Assembly (NCBI GenBank): GCA_040954595.2
Contig: CM082596.2
Coordinates: 4,333,025-4,397,024 of the forward strand
Direction of reading: 5' to 3'
DNA from: Balanoglossus misakiensis
Lineage: Eukaryota > Animalia > Hemichordata
Length of the DNA: 64,000 nt
Shown: in pieces, positions 1 through 12,900 of the stretch
Numbering within the stretch: the first letter of the stretch is position 1
Layout of the letters: each line of letters begins with the position of its first letter
The notes under the pieces: generated by a model
The model's database searches: none
Told to the model about the DNA's origin: nothing
Seen by the model: only the letters and a program-made list of their open reading frames with translations
Translations under genes and position numbers: made by a program

Positions 1-2149
1 TCGCGAATTTGAAAGTGCAACCAGATAGTGAGTGTACTGACTCTGGTTTTGGATCTGTCGGCTCGTCTGCCACGAAGTCACTCAGAGAGGAGTGGGACCA
101 GGAAATCCAAACAGGACTGCAAACGTTACACATTTCTGAAGAAAGTGAACCTGAGCCGGTTGACTGTAGCCATGCAATGGGAAATATCGCAGAGACTGAT
201 GATGGTATTGATAGAACCGAATACTCGGAGGATGTAGGGGAAAGGAAATATTCGTTTGAAGCATTCGAACAGGACGACGATGGGGACACGTACGTACCGT
301 AAATTGTATATATGTTTATTGCTGAAACTTTCTGAGACGCGATGGTGATTAGCCGGAAAGCATAGCCGCGAAGTTTCTATCCAGATCGTGTAAAAAAGAG
401 AACGATTTGATGATTAGCTTTCTTTGAAGTTTATAACACACCCCAAAAGTGAAAGACTGCGTATTTTCCCCACACCAAAAACGCAGTTGTTTATGCGTCG
501 CAACGCGACCGTTTCGAAGCTATTGTTAACGGACATGCGTACTTCCCCGGGTTTTTCCCACGTAATTTCCCAAGGACGTCAGAGTCACGCACACATATAC
601 ACCCATTGTGTCGCGGACATCGACCCTGGAAATGTTTATAATTAACCTGATCAGTGGGATGCCAAACAAGAAAATTTTCAATTTGCCACCTTTTAATCTT
701 TACTTTGTGTCACTGTCTACAAAAACAATGATACTGTACTAATACTAATGCTGAAGACAGCTAACAAGTAATTATTTTTCCCTTTCTTTTTTTATCATGA
801 CAGGACTTTACATCTAGCTATAATCCATAACCGTCTTGATGTCGCAGAAGCAATAATTGACCAGGCACCAAGTTCAGAATTTCTCGACATTCACAATGAC
901 CTTTTGCAGGTGAGTCCATTTAAACTAGCCATTTTCCTCAATACACATATACATGTATGTAAAATACCACAATGTAAAATTGCTGGCATGCGTTATGTAC
1001 TCTTAAATTAATATTTATGAATTTTGCTGTCTTGATTGCAGAAACCATTACATCTTGCATCAATTCTTAAACAAGATGGAATTTGCAGAAAACTGGTCCG
1101 AGCTGGGGCTACAGTCGATGCTTGTGATCGCCATGGAGATACTCCACTGCATCTAGCCTGTTCAGGAGGCGATCTGAGGACCGTGCAAATGTTGACTGCT
1201 CCACTGTCGATGGAAGAATTGAAACATCAACAGAACCTGCAGTTCAACAAGCTACTCAGAGTACAGCAACTGTCACAAGACCTGGAAATGAAAAATTACG
1301 AAGGTAAATGTCAAATCTGACATTAACATCCATGTTTTAGGCGTTACGCTTAGTAAATTGTTTGGTTCAAGAAACTTGGTATGTTGCCAGTTTTGTTGCC
1401 ACGTGTTAGCCAATCAGGCGCTGAGGTAGCAAATTTGCATATGGGAAAACCCCCTTTCTCTCCCTTCAGGAAACAGGATTTGGCCAGAGTCCATAAAGAG
1501 AAAATAAACAAGATAAAAAGAAAGAACAATCTTAAAAAATGGTGGTGGTTTTTCTTTTCAAAGGTTGCTATGTGTTCTCAAAATTGGGGAAGCACTGTCA
1601 GATGGATTTAGAATGAGAATTCAGATATTTTTAGCGGGAAATTCCCTAAAGGTACATACATTTTGCAGCATTTGCATACAACCAGGATATTGTAGTTCTC
1701 TTCCTTGCTTACTGAGATATGTCTGTTTGCTTCCTGTTACAGGTTTAACATGTGTGCATTTGGCAGCGTGCAACAACCACTGCGACGTGGTGCAGTACTT
1801 GACAGCGGCCGGTGCGGACATCAATGCTGGAGACGGCAAAAGTGGGAGGACGGCTCTGCACTACGCCGTTGAGAATCACAACACAGAGATGATGCGGTTC
1901 CTCCTGGTGGCTTGCCGTGCCTATGTGGACAGTATGACCTTCAATGGGTGCACGCCCCTGCATCTTGCGGTGGGCAGGAACTTCGTGGCGGGCACCCAGC
2001 TGCTCATGGAGGCAGGGGCCGATGCTGGACTCGTCAATGTTGAACAGGAATCGCCCCACGACTTGGCCGCCAGCAACACAAACATTGGCTCCATCCTCGA
2101 GCCAACCTACGATGACTTCAGAATCAATGGGCAGCCCGTTCTGTTATAG
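1..2149 (+). CDS. IkappaB (NFKBIA/cactus-like) ankyrin-repeat NF-kappaB inhibitor, 5'-truncated by the window edge; exons <1-289, 804-909, 1042-1303, 1743-2149
   Basis: The DSGFGS phosphodegron (DSGxxS) is followed by an acidic stretch and ankyrin repeats (DDDGDTTLHLAII, KPLHLASI, HGDTPLHLAC, GLTCVHLAA, SGRTALHYAV, GCTPLHLAV). All introns are GT-AG and frame-consistent; TAG stop at 2147-2149. Confidence 0.93.
445..571. promoter_or_regulatory. Cluster of kappaB-like sites plus an IRF-like motif in IkappaB intron 1
   Basis: GGGTTTTTCCC at 549-559; CGTA..TTCCC variants at 460-471, 538-548 and 561-571; AAAAGTGAAAG at 445-455. Confidence 0.55.
1443..1646. promoter_or_regulatory. kappaB sites in IkappaB intron 3
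   Basis: GGGAAAACCCC at 1443-1453 and near-palindromic consensus GGGAAATTCCC at 1636-1646. Confidence 0.6.
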
Positions 2150-3236
2150 GACACTGTAAAAAAAACTGGCTGGAAGATCTACAGTCACTATTGATGTATA
2201 AGATCTCAGATATCAATAGAAGAGTTCGAACTAAGACCGGCGAGTTCAAATCTGTGATAAGATTGTTCCTGCACTGATGAGCATGACAGTGTTTGATTTG
2301 TACAATTACAATATCAAACTTTACTGGCCCTCCATATCAGAACACTGATAATTTATCTCGTGTTCTGGCCAACAGGGCCTGTCTGAAGAACCAAGTGTCT
2401 GCTACAGTGCAGTGAGATATATTTTCTCTATGTCAGTTTTGATAAGTTGTAAAAACATTCTAATGACAGAATTTAACATCTTGTGTTGTCGTTTGCATTA
2501 TTCAAGCTGACAAGTCTTCCATACCAACTCACTTATCTCAGGTGAATTCCACAAGTCAGGAGTTAAAGCCCTTATGTGAAGTCGCAGCTTCCACTGTTTT
2601 CCATCTGGCATATCCGAGCTGGGCTCCCACTAAAGTGGGAAATGCAGAATAAGTGATGTCGTTCATATCAAGTCATGTCAATGTTGATGACTATATACTG
2701 TATTCAGGTGCAATTGTTGTTGTTTGACATTCGTATACTGGTACACCCTTGCCATTACAGCTTCAGCAGATGCACTTTGAGAGAAGCGCGTAACTAATGA
2801 TCGAGTCCATTAATTAAACATTTCATAAAAGGAAATTTTAACCTTATCAAGAACATTACTGTAAAAAATAAGACCAAGTGATAATCCACTTGCAGAATGA
2901 CTTTCATGTTATTTCACTAGTTCAAGTTGTCAAATAGATTTATCTACATATTTTCCCCAGGTACTTTTTTCTGTGGGAGTAATCTATCCTATCTAAATGA
3001 ATCAAACTATATTTTTACATATCTCAGAAAAGTTATTACAAATCAGATATGCTGAAGAGTTGATATTCCACTAGTATGTTTTCTAAGTTTGTCAAAAGCA
3101 GTTCTTATATTCAGTGACACTTCAATTACCTCCCTGTTCATGTGTTTAAAGATCATTTCCCACCCTGTTTTAAGTTTATGATTATTAAGTTTAATATTTT
3201 ATTATTTCTGTACATAAGTTACTATCATTATATGAC

Positions 3237-3242
3237 AATAAA
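3237..3242 (+). terminator. Putative polyadenylation signal of the IkappaB gene
   Basis: AATAAA about 1.1 kb after the stop codon, in an AU-rich 3'UTR-like tract, followed by GT/T-rich sequence. Confidence 0.5.
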
Positions 3243-3965
3243 GAATCTTGTAAATAGTGTTGATAACATATTTTCTGGGTATTTTTGTCATTTCATATTA
3301 GCTAGCATGTGGTGTATGTGATCTGTCTGTCTGTGTGTGTGTATGTTCTGTGTACATGTATACCGGTATGTACATTCTACATAGAATTACATCACTCAAC
3401 GGTTGTACAATGGTCATACCGAAATCTTGATGGGCCCTACTCTATAAGCATTTTTCAGGTGCATCTGTGAAAACAGTATTGACAAGTAACCCCATAAACA
3501 GAACCAAACTTAAATTTTAAAAAAATTAATATACCCATAATTTTGATGCAACAATTAATTTTTATTCAAAGGATATATATTTTATTTAGCTATAATATAC
3601 ACAAAAGCAATCAACCTGAGTTTGTTATTAAGAAGTTTGAACAAGCAGATATTACAGAAGAAAAGGAGAGTTTCTCAGGTCTTTCTTTATTGTGAATATG
3701 CCCAGGATTATTACCAGTTATAGATACTGAGTGTCGGTTAAAAACTGATTCTTCTTGGAAATCTTCAATGTCTATTCAAATGAAACTGTGCAGTGCAACA
3801 CAATGCTACTGTAATTTCTGCCGACCAAGAAATTCTCCATTCGTTCGTATTTTGTGCATATCCTAAAACCGAAGAGCCTTGTATATGATGGCCATGGAAA
3901 TTGTTTATTGTTTCGTTGATCTATAATGTTGATTGTGTTGATTGAAGGGTTATTATCTGGAAGGT

Positions 3966-6900
3966 TTATTGTACCTCAGATACGTAGGTGGCATTGCTGT
4001 GACCATAGTTACCACTCTGTGAAAACATACATACATACATTTTGATAAATTAGTTTCAAATTTAGATCTGCTTTAGCTACCAAGATTTACGGTATAATGC
4101 AGACTTGTGGCCTATGAAAATTGTATGCAGTATTTCCAACCATGCGTTTACCAATTCTAAAGTTGTACTCATCAGTTTTCCAAGTGAGTTTTCCACGAAT
4201 CTAACTAAGATTTCAGTACTTGTAAATGTGAGATTTGGTGAACAAATACTTCTACTTACGGTCTCAGATTGGGTGTCCAGCAAGTTTGCCTTGCCACTTG
4301 CTTTCTTTCTTCGCAACTGAAAAAATAACCACAACACATACTGCAATATTAATACCAAAGTGTACAAACTATAAAACATGTACTGGTTAATACTGCTATG
4401 GAGCTCATTTGGAGTGAATGAACCCCAACTCATAAATACACTAACTCTAACCCAATAACCGTTGCATATACCCTAACCCATCAACAAACAAATGTGACCA
4501 TATATGTAAACAAACAAACAAATAAACATTTTTTTTGTTTATATTATCAAGCAATAACAAATAAACAATCACACACACTACAAACAAGGAGGAAGAGCTT
4601 TATGTGGATATGGTAACAGAACCTCCATCATACTTACAGCTACAATGCCAATGACAAGCAAGAGGAAGACAGCTCCACAAGCAACACCAACACCAATGCC
4701 AACAATTGTAATCCTGGTGAAGGGCTGCTGATGCACTGGTGGGCCTGAGGAACGTTGGTCTTTCTCTCCAGTTTCCACTGTGCCTTCTTTGACCGTGAGG
4801 ACATGATCACCATAGATGAGTGAATAGGAACCAGACACCAGCTAAATATGAGGAAAGCAGAATTTGATTTGAGTCAGAGTCTATAGATATAGGCCTACTG
4901 TAAATAAAACATCCATGTGGGGTTGGCTTGATTTACCTTGGCTGATTCTTGGCTGTTCTGTTCGTGGATGCAGAACAGCCAAGAATCAGCCAAGGTAAAA
5001 ATTGGTTCCTATACATCTGATTTCAATCAAATTGTATCAACCAATGCACAACCGAACAGGCGTTTGGAGCAAAATGAGGATACTTGTACCTAAAAGGTAT
5101 GTCAACGCTGGATTAAAGCATACAGATGAATGTACTTCTTACGTTATCAGCTCAGAGAAAAGATCTCTGAATCTCTGATCTCAGTCGTGACCATTAGAAC
5201 GAATTCATTGGGATCATTTCACCTACCTCTTCCTCCATGGTGCTAGCAATCACTTCAACATCGGCGTTAGAGCCTTCCTCTTGGATGAGAGTAAATTCTA
5301 CCACAATGCTGCCTTCTTTCACCTACAATATTGAGAAATTATTGAAAAACACACACACACACAAACACTTACATTTAGAAGTGTGCTGTGGTTTATATAT
5401 CCTGAAATACATAGGCCTTATTCCATGGCAGTCACGAGATGTCACTAAAATGATTACACACATTTCGATGTGTTTGGAAACTGCACCCTATTTTTGTGAC
5501 ATCTGCTATCATAGTTTTTGCATGACTTACCAGGAGGTCCACAATCATACTGTCAGTCACACCAAAGATCTCACTGAAGCTGGATAGGAGTACTCTGAAA
5601 TGAATGACAAGACAATACATGACATACCAATATACAAAGCATTTCTGCGTTGAATTCACATACTCCCCCAAAACAAAATATTCAGTATGCACAGACCACC
5701 ACATGTCCTCAAGTACCGGTATGTCCGATTTATTCATTCAACATGTGTGAAGGAAAATTGAAATCCAAAAATAAGCTCATATATGACTGAACTTACCCTT
5801 TGAAGTCAATTTCGTTTCTGCGAATAATGTTGTAGTCTTCTTTGAAAGCAAACTTCACTGTGTATTGTCTGTGAAGAGGAAAAGGTAGTATTCATTATAG
5901 CACAGATACCGATTCCATGTTCTTAGGAAACGCCTCGATCACGTTAAGCAGTTGATTTTGGATTAGGCCCTACTGATTTCTTTTTGAAAATATTAAGAAA
6001 CTCATGTGTAATAAAAAAAATTCTTGACAGACAGTTACACAATAACTTTCTCTGAACATAAGTTATGCGTGTGATACTTACGGTGAAGTACTCCCTGCAC
6101 GAGATGGATTCGATGAAAATGTCAAAAAGAAGGAAACAGAAAAAAGATGCAAAATATTAGCTAGTCTGTTCATTATTATGAAAAACTACAATATGTCAGA
6201 TCACCAGACACAAGCTATAAACAGCTGGCTTGAAACCTGAGAATGATTGATTTATTCTGTTCTCGTATTCTACACATTTTGAGAGTCGATGCTATAACTT
6301 CACATTTTCTTTGTATATTTTTTCAAAAGATGAAGTTTACTTACTGCAGTCTCGGCTGTAGGAACAGAGCCACTTGCCATGGTTACATTCACTGTGGAAA
6401 ATAAAGTTCTATGTTATTTAACTATATAGTTAACTATCCCCGTTCCTAATCACTAGTATCTATCACAACTCTATTGTATACATAGATGACACTGTCATTT
6501 GAGGGCTGGCAATGATATATGGCAAAGTTGGATACCAAGATTAAAGACGTACCCACACCTAAGTGGCAAAATAACACCAGATTCATGCTTATAAAGGCAT
6601 GATAAATGTATATTCCATGCAACTGGCGAGTATACAACAAGACACACGTGTTTGTTGCAATCCATTGCATTGCCAGACTTACCATATCTGACAGTCGGCT
6701 GTGCGTTCGTATCCATGGCTGTATTCTTCTGATTTGTAAAAGCATGGGTCGACTGTGGAAAATTAAGCAAGAGAATTGAACGTTAATGGTCTATGAAAAA
6801 CAGTTCTATAAAATGATTTCCTTTTTGACTAACGTAAACATTTGTTAAAATCAGTTATCATCAGAGGTCTACAGTGAGCCATTCTATGTAGTAATTGTTA

Positions 6901-9900
6901 AAATGTCCAGTTCATTCCACGACAAAACTTAATTATTTCTTACCGCATTCTTTCTCTGTGCAGACCCAACCAATTCGAGTACAATTACTGTAAAACAAGT
7001 ATATGACATGGTTGTAAAACTCTATATGATTTGAATTTTTGAAATCAAAGGTTGTTTTGGCATACTGTCGAAAGACATTTGCTGAGGAAAGTTTCCAAAA
7101 TTTGATTTAATACCCTTTTCTCATGCTGTACATAGTTTCCTCTGTTTGGCAATTGTTATCGGATCTATACAATCTTGTTAGTATTTTTATTTTGTATCGC
7201 CTGTAATTGGAGAACATGTATATGGTTTGACATACTCACCATGTATTGCAATCTTGTCGTCTGACTTGATATTCTTTGTAGTCGATACTATTGTATTTAC
7301 AAGTATGTTCTGTAAAAAAGATAGGTTTATTGTCCAACAGTAAGTGTTTTGAACGGTATCTCACACTCAACATGGGAATGTATCCAGATAAGGTTGACAT
7401 ACAACACAAGGAAACTTACCTCCTGCCGGGGAAGTGCAAACTCTTCCACAACCGTTTGAACAGCACTTATAATCTCCGCTGCAAGAGTGATCGCTCTCGC
7501 ATTCTGTGATACAGATGCCAGTACGCAGGGCTCCAATGACGGGGCATACACCTGGTTTCGGTACTGCAATAGAACAGGCACCACACTGTCAAAGGCTGCA
7601 TACGAAACTCCTGATAATTCGACATTTGAAACCAGGAATGTTTTAGGTTTTTGTATGTGATAAGGTAAACCTTCACCATTGACTTGTCTAGCGGATAACG
7701 TGTTCTTTGACTGCAATAACTGGTTCATTTGTACTCACCTGGTTCCTGACATGTGCGACCACATCCATTGAAGCAGCATTTTTGAGTGCTGGGACAGACA
7801 GTGTCGTGATGACAAGACGAAACGCAGATACCGAAAGTATCTCCTGAGACCGCTGGACAATCGCCAGGTTTAGTTACTGAAATTAAAACATTAAGGGGGA
7901 TGTCGATTATACCCCAAGTATAAGGATGACTACCACTTTTGGCTCATTACACATTTGGAGTTCAGAGTAATAACACCTCATGCAAAGCTCCAGTAATCAT
8001 GAAATTGCTTCAAAATTTACGCCTTTAACGTAACAATGAGACGCAAATCAACAACAATTCTAAGATTTAAGTGAAAGGACTTACTGCAGGCCATTGTTGT
8101 ACACGACCAGACACCATTCATACATGTGCTAGGGAGAAAATACAGAGACGTGGTCATTCTTGTGTTTGAGTCATTCTCCATTGAAATAGCTCACAGTTGT
8201 TAATTAACAGTTGTTTACATGTCAGTAACATTTTCGATGATGCCCCTGATTTTCATGACCTTGCAAAATACAGAGTCTTAATTTCATCATGTCCAGAAAG
8301 CACAGATTTCAAACGCAAAGACTCACCAAGTATTACATTCATCATGTCTTTGCTCTTGGTGTTTGTACAGTCTTCCGTCATACTGACAGGATTTCACCGG
8401 TTCTTGACAGACATGGCCGCAACCATTGGTGCAACACTTGGTGGATCCGTTGCAGTGCGAGTCGTCACCACATTCATCCACGCAAACACCAAAATAGTCA
8501 CCAGTAACACTTGGACACTCCCCTGGTTTAACAACTGCAATTATAAGGAGTAATGCAAGCTGATCAATCCCACTTAGAATTTGATATCTTTACACAAATC
8601 ATATACCCATACTTTCAAAACAACATAAACACTCAATATTCAATATGAAGCCAATAGGGATCAGTTGAAAAAAAATGAAATTCGATTTACCTCTAACGGG
8701 TTCACTACAAACATGACCACATCCATTGCTACAGCATTTTCCGTGCCCAGCGCAATGAGCATCATCACTGCACGAGTCAACACAGATACCAAAGCCGGAT
8801 GAGGCAGGACATTCACCAGGTTTCACAACTGTTTAAGATATAAATGTTTAAAATCATAAATACTGGTACAAGTGGACGTTAATAACACTGATAAAATGTA
8901 CATATAGTGGTGGTTGAGAAGTTGATGGTGATGGTGATAATGATGATGATGATGACACCACCACAACCATCGCCACCATCACCACCACCATAATAGTTGC
9001 TGATTTGCTTGTCTAGAGATATCTCCAAAATTCACTCATTTTCATTAATTTTGATATTGACTCAGGGTTCATCCTCTACATATTCAGGTAGGCATGGTTA
9101 ATAAAAAGGTAAAACGCTTGCTCAGTCACCAAATATTCAGTAAACCTGTGACGCAGAAATTGTGTCCAACTTACCAGTGACAGGATCCAAGCATACGTGA
9201 CCACATCCATTCGAACAACATTTAGCGTGACCGGAGCAGTCTGCATCACGTGAGCATTCTTCAGCACATGTTCCCATCATTCCTTCCACAGCTGGACATT
9301 GACCGGGTTTGGGTTCTGTGAAAACATTGCGGTAAACAATGGATCGCTTTAATCGTGGGAATTAAGACAGTAAGATTAAGATCACATCGGAGTTCTAGTT
9401 CTTAGCTTCTCTGCCGAATCTATTGCTCAGACCTCTTAAATTGGGCAGGTTTTACACCATCTGACTTTTATCCTGGTGAGATATCTGAAGTTTTTACAGC
9501 CCATAACTTAGCATCAAATTGATATCACAAACCTAAATATGATATATACCTGGTTCAGGATCAACACACACAGTTCCACACCCATTGCGGCAACATTTCT
9601 TTTCTCCCTCACAATGACCATCGTCAGTACATTCTGTGACGCAAATTCCGAAGTGATCGCTTTCCACAACTGGGCAACGGCCAATCTTCACCACTGAAAA
9701 TAATTAATTAATCATTATAACAAACAAACAAACTAAGGAACAACCAACATACATACAAACAAATAAAAAATTTTAGTAAATAATTATGAATATTTGCCCA
9801 CCTGGAACAGTTTCCATACAGACGTGACCACAACCATTGCCGCAGCATTTCTGGAAACTCGGACAGGAAGAATCATCCACACACATTTCTGAGCAGATGC

Positions 9901-12900
9901 CCATTTGATCAGCGCTAACAGCTGGACATTGTCCTGGTCGAATGACTGCGGATAAAAACATATATACATGTATATGTAAAAGATTTGGAATTATTTGCCC
10001 AATTGAGATCAATTCGATGTTATTTGGACATAATTTCGACGAAAAATAACGTTTAGTAATGTTGGAATGATGTTTGGAAGAATATTCCTTTCTTAGTGAA
10101 CTGTGAAGGCAGGGTTACACGAAATCAATAAGTCTCCCATCTTACCTGGCTCAGCGTCGACACACAAATGACCGCACCCATTAGAACAGCATTTCTTCAT
10201 TCCATGACAGTGTGAATCATCACTGCACTCTGTCACGCAGATTCCGAGTTGATCAGACGGTACAGCCGGACACTGGCCTGGTTTGGTGACTGAAATAAAT
10301 GCAATTAATTATCAATCTCCTCCCCATAGACATTATGTGGTATAATCTAGACAAGCACAAGCAAAATTCGAACCTTCAACCATGGTACATAATATTATGT
10401 TCGCACTTGGTGGAACAGACAATTCAAATCTCATACCTGTGACTGGGTTGTAACAACTATGTCCACAACCATTGCTGCAACATTTCTGAAAGTTCGGGCA
10501 TGACGCATCGTTCTGACAATCTTCACTGCAAATGCCAAAACTTTCTGATTGAACGGCAGGACATTCGCCAGCCTTTGGAGCTATGTTATAAAAGAAACGA
10601 TTATACATTATAATACCAGGGTTGGAAACATAGTAAGCGGATACAACACTGCCCATTGAACACATGATTTCCTTCATCAGAGAAGTGAAATAAGAAAATG
10701 TGCATTGACTCAACACGTATTATAATAACCAACCTGGTTCAGGTGTTGTACATACACGTCCACAACCATTGCTGCAACATTTGGAATTTCCTTCACAGTG
10801 GGCATCATTGTCACACATATTGCTGCAAATTCCAACTGTGCCTGGTTCGACTGCAGGACATACTCCATCTTTCACAACTATTGGCACAAAACGGAAAATA
10901 AGCAAGTTAAGAACAAGCTTGATGTTTCTTACCACTGAGAAATGTTCATATAGTAATCATGGATGAAATGATGAAATTGGCTATTCTTTCTCACCTGGTG
11001 TAGGTGCAACACATGTGTGGCCACATCCATTACTGCAGCACTTGTGGAAAGTTGGACAGGATTCATCACTGGTACATGCTTCAGAGCAGATACCCATCTG
11101 CCCATCAGGAACAGCTGGACATTCACCAGGTTTGATAACTGTTGGAAATTTACAAAGAGTGCACTGTAAATGTACGTTCTGAGCGTTGAGAACTCCAGTT
11201 GTAAAAGTAGGCACAGATCCTGAGTGCTTCATCACAAAATTCATTCATTCCATATGGCAACAAATGCATAGAAGTGACACCAGTTGAATTACTCTTTTCA
11301 AATGAGAAATATTCTCACCTGGTTCAGCATCAACACAAACATGACCACAGCCATTGCTACAGCATTTCTTAGTTCCTGCACAATGGGCATCATCACTGCA
11401 TTCTTCCCAACAAATGCCACCCATACCTGGTTGAACTGCCGGACAACGACCTTCCTTGACAACTGAAAGAAATTGCAACATGTTAGAATTGGACGCGTAG
11501 TCAATCATCAGCTTTTAGCGAAGAACGACACACATGTTCAGTTGAAATATTTAATCCAAAGTACTTTCCTCTGAAACTTTAAATTAAAAGAGTTTTGTCC
11601 ATTATAGGTACCGAATATGACAAAATGATCCATACCTGGCACTGGCGGTGTACAAGCATGTCCACATCCATTACTGCAGCACTTGCTGAAACCTGTACAT
11701 GAGTGGTCATTGGAACATTCCTCGGCACAGCTTCCCATTTGACCTTCTGGTACAGCTGGACACTGGCCTGGTTTTGGAGCTGAGAATAAAATAAGACAAT
11801 TATTTTAGTTGGCACAAAAAGCACCTTCAACGACTTTCCTTATCCAGGACAATCCTGCCAAACGTCTCGAAATTGCAACTTTTCACAACCAATCAATCTT
11901 TCAATATCGAAAACATAAAATTGGAGAACTCACCTGGTTCAGGTGTTGTACATACACGTCCACAACCATTGCTGCAACATTTGGAATTTCCTTCACAGTG
12001 GGCATCGTTGTCACACATATTGCTGCAAATTCCAACTGTGCCTGGTTCAACTGCAGGACATACTCCATCTTTCACAACTATATTGGCACAAAACGGAAAA
12101 AAACAAATTAAGATCAAGCTTGATGTTTCCTACCACTGAAAAATGTTCATATAGTAATCATGGATGAAATGATGAAATTGGCTATAATTCTTTCTCACCT
12201 GGTGTAGGAGCAACACATGTGTGGCCACATCCATTACTGCAGCACTTGTGGAAAGTTGGACAGGATTCATCACTGGTACATGCTTCAGAGCAGATACCCA
12301 TCTGCCCATCAGGAACAGCTGGACATTCACCAGGTTTGATAACTGTTGGAAATTTACAAAGAGTGCACTGTAAATGTACGTTCTGAGCGTTGAGAACTCC
12401 AGTTTTGAAAGTAGCTATGGATCCCGAGTCCTTCATCACCAAATTCATTCATTCCATATGGCAACAAACGCATAGAAGTGACACCAGTTGAATTACTCTT
12501 TTCAAATGAGAAATATTCTCACCTGGTTCAGCATCAACACAAACATGACCACAGCCATTGCTACAGCATTTCTTAGTTCCTGCACAATGGGCATCATCAC
12601 TGCATTCTTGTGAACAAATGCCAAACATATCTGGTTCAACAGCTGGACAACGACCTTCCTTGACAACTGAAAGAAGCAAAAGGTGCCCATTGCAACATGT
12701 CAAAATTGGACGTGTAGTCAATCATCTGCCTTTAGTAAAGAACGACACACATGTGAGGTTGGAATGTTTAATCCACAGTTGTTTCCTTTGAAACTTTAAA
12801 TTAAAAGACTTTTGTCCATTATTGGTACCGAATATGACCAAATGATCCATACCTGGCACTGGCGGTGTACAAGCATGTCCACATCCATTACTGCAGCACT

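Noticed and set aside
7327-7728. 133-aa minus-strand ORF
   Set aside because: It overlaps a WAP exon (7420-7563) that reads in another frame with proper splice sites.
10925-10945. TTTCTCAG-TG-GTAAG motif in A-to-B introns, suggesting a 2-nt microexon or recursive splice site
   Set aside because: The host intron is only about 117 nt, the resulting pieces would be very short, and inclusion would break the frame. Most likely a cryptic site.
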